Positions 7,084-14,584 of a stretch of DNA of 32,000 bases are shown here, piece after piece; within the stretch, counting starts at the first letter, position 1; each line of letters opens with the position of its first letter. Where the stretch lies: positions 900,001 through 932,000 of the forward strand of contig NZ_WUUQ01000001.1 in assembly GCF_009831105.1 (NCBI RefSeq), given 5' to 3'. The stretch comes from Copranaerobaculum intestinale (GTDB lineage: Bacteria > Bacillota_I > Bacilli_A > Erysipelotrichales > Erysipelotrichaceae). The notes below the pieces were generated by a model. It searched no databases and was not told the origin of the DNA. It saw only the letters and a list, made by a program, of their open reading frames with translations. Position numbers and translations under genes: made by a program.

Positions 7084-7584
7084 ATGAAGAATAAGAAAAC
7101 GATCAGTATTGTGCTGTTGATGGCGGTACTGCTGGCAGGGGGCATCACGATCGGAATGAACTGGGATAGCTGGTTTGGTAAAGACGATCCCAAAGATAGC
7201 TTAGCAGTTGATGATCAGGCGGAGGATTGGACCGGTAATAAAGAAACCTATACAGGTAAAAAGAATACAGATACGATTGATATTCCCGGATATGGAGCAA
7301 TCGATCTGCAAGCGGATACGGTCAAGCAAGCAGTGAATCTTTATAATCCGGAACAGAATAATTGTTATTTCAAAATGTCGCTGCTGCTGGAGGACGGAAC
7401 GAAGCTGTGGGAATCACAGCTGATCGCGCCGGGCAAAGCAGTATACAAGATCACGCTGAATCAAGCATTAAAAGCGGGTGAATATAAAGATGCGACCTTA
7501 AAATATGAATGTTTCAAAATGAATGAAGAGCGGACGCCGCTGAACGGCTCAGAGATTAAACTGAACCTGAATGTTAGAAAGTAA
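7084..7584 (+). CDS. N-terminally membrane-anchored extracytoplasmic protein, function unknown
   Basis: There is a single N-terminal hydrophobic helix (ISIVLLMAVLLAGGITIGM) with no clear AXA cleavage site. The remainder is beta-rich. It starts 15 nt after the upstream gene. Confidence 0.7.
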   Translation: MKNKKTISIVLLMAVLLAGGITIGMNWDSWFGKDDPKDSLAVDDQAEDWTGNKETYTGKKNTDTIDIPGYGAIDLQADTVKQAVNLYNPEQNNCYFKMSLLLEDGTKLWESQLIAPGKAVYKITLNQALKAGEYKDATLKYECFKMNEERTPLNGSEIKLNLNVRK

Positions 7585-7602
7585 AAGAAAGAGGGAAAAA
7601 AC

Positions 7603-8064
7603 ATGAAAAAATTAGCAACAGGTATCGTAAGTGCAGGACTGCTGACAATGATGATTTTGCCGATCCAGGCAAATGATACAGCCGTGAGCTATTCTCAGTC
7701 ATCATCGTATGTACTGAGCATACCGGATACCATTGAATTGAACAGCGCGTCAAGCAAGAGCTTGGCGATCGGGGTACAGAACGTGAATACGACTCCGGAG
7801 CAGAAGGTACAGGTGAAAGCAAGCGGGCTTACGAATGGAAAGGTGACGCTGACCAGAGCGAGCAAGGGAGATACGATTCAGGTTACAGTAAGCAAGACCG
7901 ATGGTGGATCAGGAATTTCTGACACAGATGTATTGGCAGAGTTTCAGGATCAGTCAACGACCGCAGTAAGCGGAGGTACGATTTGGTTTGCCGCAGTAGG
8001 CGATGTGCCAGCTGGAACATACAGCGGAACGATCACGTTTACGGGATCCTATGCGAATCGATAA
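7603..8064 (+). CDS. small secreted subunit-like protein, paralog 1 (WxL-like C-terminal motif, no W-x-L)
   Basis: Signal peptide ending IQA/ND. Conserved blocks: YVLSIP, KVQVKASG, NGKVTLTR, AEFQDQSTTA, AGTYSGTITFTGSY. Confidence 0.8.
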   Translation: MKKLATGIVSAGLLTMMILPIQANDTAVSYSQSSSYVLSIPDTIELNSASSKSLAIGVQNVNTTPEQKVQVKASGLTNGKVTLTRASKGDTIQVTVSKTDGGSGISDTDVLAEFQDQSTTAVSGGTIWFAAVGDVPAGTYSGTITFTGSYANR

Positions 8065-8078
8065 GGAGGAAGAAAAAA

Positions 8079-8561
8079 ATGAAAAAGATCACAAAGTGCA
8101 TGCTTGGGGCATTGATGACAGGAGCGATGCTGACACCGGTACATGCAGAGGAAGCAACAACAAGCATTCAATACAGTAAGACATCAGAATATACGCTGAG
8201 CATTGATAGCTCAGTAACGGTAAGCAGTACCACCGAGACTGAGCAGGCAATCAAAGTATCGAACGTCAATACGAAAAGCAATGAAAAGGTACAGATTGCG
8301 ATAAAGAGCGGTGTCGGTAGCAACGGAAAAGTAACCTTGACCCGTGATGACGCAAGCGGAGTGACGACTGAGGTGACAGCCAGTCTGGATAAAAATGGAG
8401 CAGGCATTGGTGCAAATGAAGTAATCGCGGAATTTGAGGATCAATCAACCACAGCCACCAAAGGCGGAAAGCTGTATTATTCAAAAATCCCCGCAGATGC
8501 TGCCGCGGGAAGCTATACAGGAACGATTGTGTATGTCGGATCTGTAGTAGCCCGCAATTAG
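8079..8561 (+). CDS. small secreted subunit-like protein, paralog 2
   Basis: The ATG at 8079 follows AAGGAGGAAG. Signal peptide ends VHA/EE. It shares YTLSI, NGKVTLTR, AEFEDQSTTA and AGSYTGTIVYVGS with paralog 1. The ORF-track start at 7983 overlaps the previous gene. Confidence 0.8.
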   Translation: MKKITKCMLGALMTGAMLTPVHAEEATTSIQYSKTSEYTLSIDSSVTVSSTTETEQAIKVSNVNTKSNEKVQIAIKSGVGSNGKVTLTRDDASGVTTEVTASLDKNGAGIGANEVIAEFEDQSTTATKGGKLYYSKIPADAAAGSYTGTIVYVGSVVARN

Positions 8562-8571
8562 GAGCAGATAT

Positions 8572-9048
8572 ATGAAGCATAAGAAGCTCCTGTTGGCAGG
8601 AATGGCAATGATGCTTGGATGGCTGCCGCTGCGGGTACAGGCAGCGGATGATCAGGAAGGAACGATCACCCTAAAGGCAACGGTTCCGGCAAGCTATGAG
8701 CTGTCGATTCCGATCACGAGCACAAACATTGATTATGATCAGCAGACACAGCAGATCGGAAAGCTGAGTGTGCAGGGAAATATCGAAGCCGGAAAGACAA
8801 TTACGGTATCGGTAAAAGAGAAAAAGGATTTTAAGGCGTCAACGAATCCGCAGGAAGTACCGGGAATCCCCTTCAAGGTAACAAAGGCAGGAAGTGAATT
8901 CTCAAATGAGGTATGGACATCGGATGAGATCAAGGCCGCAGTACCAAAAGAGATCACACTGTCGATCGAGTTCGAAGCGGATGCATGGTCGATGGCCAGC
9001 AGCGGAGAGTATATCGGATCAGTAGTGTTCTCAGCAGCTATGAACTAA
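8572..9048 (+). CDS. small secreted subunit-like protein, divergent paralog 3
   Basis: Signal peptide ending VQA/AD. It has YELSIP near the mature N-terminus and SGEYIGSVVFSAAMN at the C-terminus. Confidence 0.75.
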   Translation: MKHKKLLLAGMAMMLGWLPLRVQAADDQEGTITLKATVPASYELSIPITSTNIDYDQQTQQIGKLSVQGNIEAGKTITVSVKEKKDFKASTNPQEVPGIPFKVTKAGSEFSNEVWTSDEIKAAVPKEITLSIEFEADAWSMASSGEYIGSVVFSAAMN

Positions 9049-9079
9049 AGAAGATGAATGCGGAAGGAGGTGCTGAGGA

Positions 9080-9994
9080 TTGCGAAAAGGAAGAAGCATA
9101 GTATGGCTGGCGGTGATCGGCTTGCTGTTGTCGCAGATGACACCGGTACAGGCTGAGGAAGTCGGCGGCGGTGAAACAACAATCCATATCGAAGTGCCAA
9201 AGCAGCACAAAATGCGGCTGAAGATCGGAACCCATGGGTCGGTGAAGGTCGCAGGGAAGAGCTATCAAGGAGATCAGCAGATCACGGTAAAGCGACTCAC
9301 AAGACCGCAATTTGAGATTAAGGCGGACAAAGGATACACGATCAAACGTGTGAGCTTCGGAGGAAAGAATGTATTAAATGAGATCAAGGGTAATGTTTAT
9401 ACCGCACCGCTTATCCATGAAGATGATATTCAGTTGGAGATAAGCTTTCAAAAAGGAAGCAGCAGTGCCGAGGAGAGCCAGCCCGGAGAAACTGAGAAGC
9501 CAGTGAAACCGGGCGGTGGAAACGAATCATCCGGATCGAATGAACCGGCGAAGGATGCAGACTCTGATGAAAATGCGGAGGAAGGATCGATTAACAAAGG
9601 GGATCAATCAAAGCCGGAAACGGGAAAAGAAGATATTCTGGATGAATTGGATAAGATCGACGATCTGTTAACAAAAGGGGAGCTTACACCGGCAGAGCGA
9701 GAAGAACTGCAGGAAAAGCAGACACAGCTGATCGAAGAATTGACCAAACAGCTGATAAAAGGAAATCCAAAGGATAAGCAAGCAATCGAGGATGACTTAA
9801 AACAGATCGAGAAATTGTTGTCACGAAAGGATCTGAGCAAGAAACAGCGAAATGCTTTAAAGCAGCGTCAGGCAGCGCTGCGTAAACAGCTGGATGCCGC
9901 AAAGGATACCGGAAATCATGAAGTGATCATCCTGATCATTTTAGGGGTTACAGTGCTTGGCGGTGCTGTGTATTTCTTTATTAAGAAAAAATAA
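9080..9994 (+). CDS. secreted, C-terminally tail-anchored protein: Ig/InlB-B-repeat-like domain, acidic linker, coiled coil, TM helix
   Basis: TTG start after GGAAGGAGG. Signal peptide ends VQA/EE. HGSVKVAGKSY...KADKGYTIKRVSFGGKNV resembles divergent InlB B-repeats. The E/K-rich heptad-like stretch is followed by VIILIILGVTVLGGAVYFFIKKK. Confidence 0.75.
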   Translation: MRKGRSIVWLAVIGLLLSQMTPVQAEEVGGGETTIHIEVPKQHKMRLKIGTHGSVKVAGKSYQGDQQITVKRLTRPQFEIKADKGYTIKRVSFGGKNVLNEIKGNVYTAPLIHEDDIQLEISFQKGSSSAEESQPGETEKPVKPGGGNESSGSNEPAKDADSDENAEEGSINKGDQSKPETGKEDILDELDKIDDLLTKGELTPAEREELQEKQTQLIEELTKQLIKGNPKDKQAIEDDLKQIEKLLSRKDLSKKQRNALKQRQAALRKQLDAAKDTGNHEVIILIILGVTVLGGAVYFFIKKK

Positions 9995-10042
9995 AAAAAT
10001 TAAATATTGAACTCTTTTATCTTAAAAACAAGAGTGTTGAAG

Positions 10043-10092
10043 GTGTGTAAATTAGATAAATGTACAGTATTTAATTTACGCACTTTTGTTTC
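10043..10092 (+). terminator. probable intrinsic terminator ending the 987-9994 operon
   Basis: GTGTGTAAATTA pairs with TAATTTACGCAC (12 bp including one G-U, 17-nt loop), followed by TTTTGTTTC. The stem is AT-rich and therefore weak. Confidence 0.45.
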
Positions 10093-10243
10093 TGATCATT
10101 CCCTTTTACCGAATCATTGTAAAAAATGCTTATCTTTATCTAAGATAAACAAAGAAAGTAATCGGAAATAAAGAATTAAACATCATAAGACAGCATTATT
10201 ATGTTTGCAAGAGGATGAGTTGATGTTGTAAAAGGAGGAACAA

Positions 10244-13200
10244 TTGTCTATGAATAAAAAGCTAAGAAGAATAGGCATTTTGTTATTTGTATGTGCAATG
10301 TGTTTTGGGATGATACATTCTGTTCAGGCAAGTAATGATAACATGGATGATATCTCCGTTGCTTTTCATCATGAAATCAGCGAGGATAAGCGGACGGTAA
10401 ACATAAAGGTAGAGACAGCGAGCACAGAAGGATTCATTATCGATGCGGTAGCGTTCGAGGGTAATTCACGGATTAATGCAGATAAAGCTGAATTTATCGT
10501 AAGTGAAAACGGGGATTATGATATAACTGTTTATTATCATTCCCTTACTGATAAAGACGCATCGGATTTATCAAAGACGGTTGTCGATCATGTGAGCGAG
10601 CTGCCGGAAAATGTATCGCAAAACAATGGTGATAACAAAGAAATTCACCGGAGTGCTGCGAAATCTGACACGTTACCATCAAATAGAAGTACATCATTAC
10701 AGCCTACCACCTTTGATGAATTGAATGCGGCAATCACAAATGCATCTGATAATGATATCATTGATTTGTCAAGCTTAACAAGTGATGGGAAGAATCATAC
10801 ATTGAATATCACAAAGAATCTTGTGTTAGCCGGATCAGGTAATACTATTGAGGGAATCTATATTGAGATTGATCCTAACCAGACCTGTACACTGCGTAAT
10901 ATTGTGATAAAAGGCTCCTACATTGCGAGCGATTCAAAAAAAATGACAGTAGCCGGACAGGATGCAAATTTAATTGTAGAGGGTGATGCAACCTTGATTG
11001 GAAGCTCAGAAGATCGAAAAATGAGCTACATGTCAGGTCTGGCGGTTTCTGGCTTGAAAAATGTAACGATCTATGGAACAGTTCAGAGCGGAAACGGCAG
11101 TAAAAAAATAGAAAGAGGAGCGATTGAAGGTTGTTATAGAGTTGTTGTAGACGGCGGAAAGATCATAGGGTCCACCGTGGTAGCCGGTAAAGATGACCAC
11201 GGGGCAGCCAACAATCCCTTACTTTTTGCCATAAACTATCTGGAGCTAAAAAATGCAAGCATCATTGGCTGTAAGGATAGTTATGAAAATTCATCTGGGG
11301 GAAGTTTGATTGATTATGCTTATCAAGTATCGATTACAAATAGTCATCTGCAGCCCGCAGATGTCAAGTTACCCTTTACATTAGTGAGTGTATCTAATAA
11401 TACACTGGGACATACCTATGCCCGTGACAGTGCGCTATCGCTGGATATTAAAGGAACCAATCTGATTCAGGCTGACAGCAATCGGTCGACGGGGAATACC
11501 GATAGTTCGGATTACGGCAACGGAAGCAGCTACACATTTGCCAGTGCAATTAAGTTTGATATGTCACAGAATCAAATTGATGCTTATGACAATGTGTCAC
11601 CGACAATTAACATCGGTGCAGATGTTACGATTCAAGGCGGAAATACAACCGTTGGAAATGCTTCATCAGCAATCATTTGTTGGTCCAATAAGGTACCGGT
11701 GATTATTAATATGCAGAAGGGTTCCAAGGTGATCGGCGGCAGCACTACTGATACATCTGCTGATACCTATGGCGGAAATGGAATTACCGGCGCACAAGTA
11801 AATACGGATGGAGCTTTGGTACAAGGCGGTAAGGGTACTTATGGCGGATACGCTATTTCACGGTGCTGGTCTGATTCAACGTTTGCCGGTGATAGTCAAA
11901 TTATCGGCGGTGAAGGATATAAAGTCGGAGGCCACGCTGTTTATAACGCTTCTAAGATTACCGTTGATAATGCGGTGATCACCGGAGGAAAAGCACCGGC
12001 GTTTGCGGATGAAACGCAGCATGCCGGATCCGCGGTAAATAGGGTGAATACGCTTGTTTTAAATGACGGTATCCTCAGTCCCGGTGAAGGCGGATATGCT
12101 ACATGCTATATAACCAATCTATATATGCGTGGAGGAGCCATTTATAACAGCGGCGGACATATTGAACCGCATACAGATGATCCCAATAAGCCAGCTGTTC
12201 ATTTATATAATTCACCAACGGTACAGATCAGCGGCGGTCAGATTGGTTATATGAATTATGGAACAACAAAATATTTGGCTATTTGGGGATCAAGCACTAC
12301 CCATTGGTCTTATCGAAAAGAAGATCGAAAAGTACAATGGCAAGATTCTATTTATTCAGGCAGTGGTTATACGCTCTATGCGGATGAAGTAATCAGTGAC
12401 GGCGTCAATATTACGGATACTACAGATATTAAAAAAGCAAATAATATTTATAGTCAATTCAGTATGGAAAACAAAACTGAATCAGGAAACGTGTTGATTT
12501 ATGGAACCGATACGGTCACGGTTACCTTTCCCCGGGCGATCACAGAGGATGATCTTGTAATTATCTCAGCCCGTAACTGGGATAAGCGTGATGCCCCGTA
12601 CGAAGCGTTAGAAATCCCGGTTACCTTGGTAAATGGCGGCAGTGACGGCAAGATCGAGTTTAAACAGCCGGCTCGTTCGATTCGAGTTGAGCTGCGAAAA
12701 AAGAGTGCTGTTGCTGATGATAAAGACAATAAAATTGTTGATTTAGATATTAATAAGCAGTACATAGTAAATGAAATGATCACTTTTAAAGCTGTGGGTG
12801 TAAATATGGATGAAGCGAATCCTGGATTGAATGATATCCGCTATAAGCCTGTGGCTTGGAGTGTAAATCCAAACGGAACATGGGAAAACGCTCCATACAC
12901 AGCATCCTTTCAACTTACAAAACCGGGTATTTATACACTAAAGGTTGCCTTCGCAAAAGAACAATATTTGTCACAGGATAAATGGATCAAGACTGATGAG
13001 ACGGTACAGAAGGAAGTTAAGATTGAAGTCAAGGAAGCAGACAGCGAAAAAGAAGATGATAAGGATACACCGAAAGAAGATGAGGATACACCGAAAAAAG
13101 ACACGGATAATTCAGATAAAGAAAGCAATGCTTCGGCAGAAACATCAGATTCAACGAATAAAAATCTCTGGCTTTTGTTTCTGCTTACAAGCTTTGGCAC

Positions 13201-13258
13201 AATTATCTTGCTGATCCTGAAAAAGTGTAAGAGTTATTCGAAGAATATGCTTGGTTAA
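10244..13258 (+). CDS. second large secreted beta-helix (pectate-lyase-fold-like) surface protein with an acidic stalk and C-terminal TM anchor
   Basis: Signal peptide ending VQA/SN. TFDELNAAITNASDNDIIDLS...LNITKNLVLAGSGNTIEG is typical of the start of right-handed beta-helix adhesins. There are many GG-rich turns. The C-terminus has a D/E/K-rich stalk and then LWLLFLLTSFGTIILLILKK. Start is TTG 10244 or ATG 10250, after GGAGG. Confidence 0.8.
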   Translation: MSMNKKLRRIGILLFVCAMCFGMIHSVQASNDNMDDISVAFHHEISEDKRTVNIKVETASTEGFIIDAVAFEGNSRINADKAEFIVSENGDYDITVYYHSLTDKDASDLSKTVVDHVSELPENVSQNNGDNKEIHRSAAKSDTLPSNRSTSLQPTTFDELNAAITNASDNDIIDLSSLTSDGKNHTLNITKNLVLAGSGNTIEGIYIEIDPNQTCTLRNIVIKGSYIASDSKKMTVAGQDANLIVEGDATLIGSSEDRKMSYMSGLAVSGLKNVTIYGTVQSGNGSKKIERGAIEGCYRVVVDGGKIIGSTVVAGKDDHGAANNPLLFAINYLELKNASIIGCKDSYENSSGGSLIDYAYQVSITNSHLQPADVKLPFTLVSVSNNTLGHTYARDSALSLDIKGTNLIQADSNRSTGNTDSSDYGNGSSYTFASAIKFDMSQNQIDAYDNVSPTINIGADVTIQGGNTTVGNASSAIICWSNKVPVIINMQKGSKVIGGSTTDTSADTYGGNGITGAQVNTDGALVQGGKGTYGGYAISRCWSDSTFAGDSQIIGGEGYKVGGHAVYNASKITVDNAVITGGKAPAFADETQHAGSAVNRVNTLVLNDGILSPGEGGYATCYITNLYMRGGAIYNSGGHIEPHTDDPNKPAVHLYNSPTVQISGGQIGYMNYGTTKYLAIWGSSTTHWSYRKEDRKVQWQDSIYSGSGYTLYADEVISDGVNITDTTDIKKANNIYSQFSMENKTESGNVLIYGTDTVTVTFPRAITEDDLVIISARNWDKRDAPYEALEIPVTLVNGGSDGKIEFKQPARSIRVELRKKSAVADDKDNKIVDLDINKQYIVNEMITFKAVGVNMDEANPGLNDIRYKPVAWSVNPNGTWENAPYTASFQLTKPGIYTLKVAFAKEQYLSQDKWIKTDETVQKEVKIEVKEADSEKEDDKDTPKEDEDTPKKDTDNSDKESNASAETSDSTNKNLWLLFLLTSFGTIILLILKKCKSYSKNMLG

Positions 13259-13308
13259 GACAGGAAAAATAAATCAGACAAAAAGGCATTGAGAAGGATA
13301 GATTCTTT

Positions 13309-13347
13309 AAGTACTCCGTTATTTTACTGGCGGAGTACTTACTTTTT
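13309..13347 (+). terminator. intrinsic terminator
   Basis: AAGTACTCCG, 12-nt loop, CGGAGTACTT, then ACTTTTT. Confidence 0.8.
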
Positions 13348-13779
13348 AAGAGCGGTAATTTATGTGAAAGTGAATTTCACAGGAAAGCTATATGCTTTAT
13401 TTCTCTGACTGAACGATCTTGGATAGTCTGCTAAAAACAAGATTTTTAATAATTGATTAGAATCTTTCATAAGCTTTATGAGGATGAATCTGTTAACGCA
13501 GTAATCGTGATAGAATGTTTGATATTTAGTTAGAAAAGCAATTATCATACATATTAGTATTTACGATACACATGGTAATTGGCAATGGATAAATATTATC
13601 ATTTACCATACCTTTTTTGTAAATAAAAAGTGGTTCTAATGAAAGATCACTTCTGTTGTATTCAACGTTTTCTTTTATACCGTTGTCTACTTCAGTGTGA
13701 TCAGATCAAAGGGTTACCACTTTTTTTATTACATTATTTATAAGCATTAGAAACTATTACATAACAGGTAATAGGTGAT

Positions 13780-14364
13780 TTATTCCGTTAATCCAAATGA
13801 TTTGGGATAGGTTTTTAGGTGCAACATGTTACCGATTTCCATTGCCCATTCGCGATAGCCATAGGCAACGGAAGTAAGGATATGATCACTGCGGATGAAT
13901 TTTAAAGTATCATACTCTTTTATACAATCATTCCAATCCATCATCAATTCCATTTCATCCATGGTGATGCCTTCTTCCAGCAAACCTTCTTTCGGACATG
14001 CGCACATAAAATGTCTGTCTTTTAATACGCCAGCTTTGATCAGCATGATCGGTCCGGCAGATATGGCCGCCAATACCTTTTTCTTTGCATCGAACTGGCG
14101 TATGATCGATTGTAATAATGGGTTGTCGGCCAGCGGAAAGTGTTCATTTTGAAATCCCGTGAGCAGCAGGGCATCATATTCATCGACGCAGAGTTCTTCT
14201 AAAGAGCGCTCTGCCTGACAAAGCAATCCCTCTTCACTTCGATAAAGCTGTTTATGTTCACCGAAGACGGTGATCGGAACGTTTTCCATGGCAAACATTT
14301 CTAAGGCGATACAAAATTCAAAATTACAGAAATTATCATAAATCAAAACAGCTATTTTCATCAT
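13780..14364 (-). CDS. DJ-1/PfpI-family protein (class I glutamine-amidotransferase-like fold)
   Basis: KIAVLIYDNF...DALLLTGF...KVLAAISAGPIMLIKAGVL. The nucleophile-elbow position reads Ser instead of the usual Cys. There are three candidate starts (TTG 14367, ATG 14364, ATG 14361) after GAGGAGG. Confidence 0.7.
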   Translation of the reverse strand: MMKIAVLIYDNFCNFEFCIALEMFAMENVPITVFGEHKQLYRSEEGLLCQAERSLEELCVDEYDALLLTGFQNEHFPLADNPLLQSIIRQFDAKKKVLAAISAGPIMLIKAGVLKDRHFMCACPKEGLLEEGITMDEMELMMDWNDCIKEYDTLKFIRSDHILTSVAYGYREWAMEIGNMLHLKTYPKSFGLTE

Positions 14365-14380
14365 CAATCCTCCTCATATA

Positions 14381-14433
14381 AAAAACTTTTGTGAAAACAG
14401 CCTGTTATTCAAAAGACCATCACAAAAGTTTTT
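14381..14433 (-). terminator. strong terminator or attenuator hairpin abutting the RBS of the DJ-1/PfpI gene
   Basis: A 14-bp perfect inverted repeat, AAAAACTTTTGTGA / TCACAAAAGTTTTT, with a 25-nt loop. A T-run follows on the minus strand, and then comes GAGGAGG and the start codon. Confidence 0.6.
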
Positions 14434-14555
14434 GATGTAATAAATATATGCATGATAAAAAGGATTGGATAATCTATTGATAACAGGGATTGAAAGGAAT
14501 CCCATATATGGATTCAACAGATTATTTGCTCACGCTTCATCACCTCGCTAAATAC

Positions 14556-14584
14556 AGTATAACACAGACCTGATATTCAGTTAA
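14556..14584 (-). promoter_or_regulatory. candidate promoter for the DJ-1/PfpI leader
   Basis: On the minus strand: TTAACT, 17 nt, TATACT, with TGT immediately upstream of the -10 (extended -10 type). Confidence 0.35.

Noticed and set aside
7983-8078. Long form of paralog 2 that overlaps the 3' end of paralog 1
   Set aside because: The ATG at 8079 follows AAGGAGG and starts a canonical signal peptide. The extension carries no signal-peptide logic.
3687-10243. c-di-GMP riboswitches (GEMM-I/II) upstream of the adhesin genes
   Set aside because: I looked for the conserved GCAAA/GGCAAAC-type cores in 3687-3906 and 9995-10243 and found nothing resembling them. A covariance-model scan would be needed to be certain.
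3907-13258. LPXTG sortase signals, SLH, LysM or choline-binding repeats, or a sortase gene that would explain surface anchoring
   Set aside because: I searched the translated C-termini by eye and found none. The only anchors are TM tails on the 304-aa and 1004-aa proteins.
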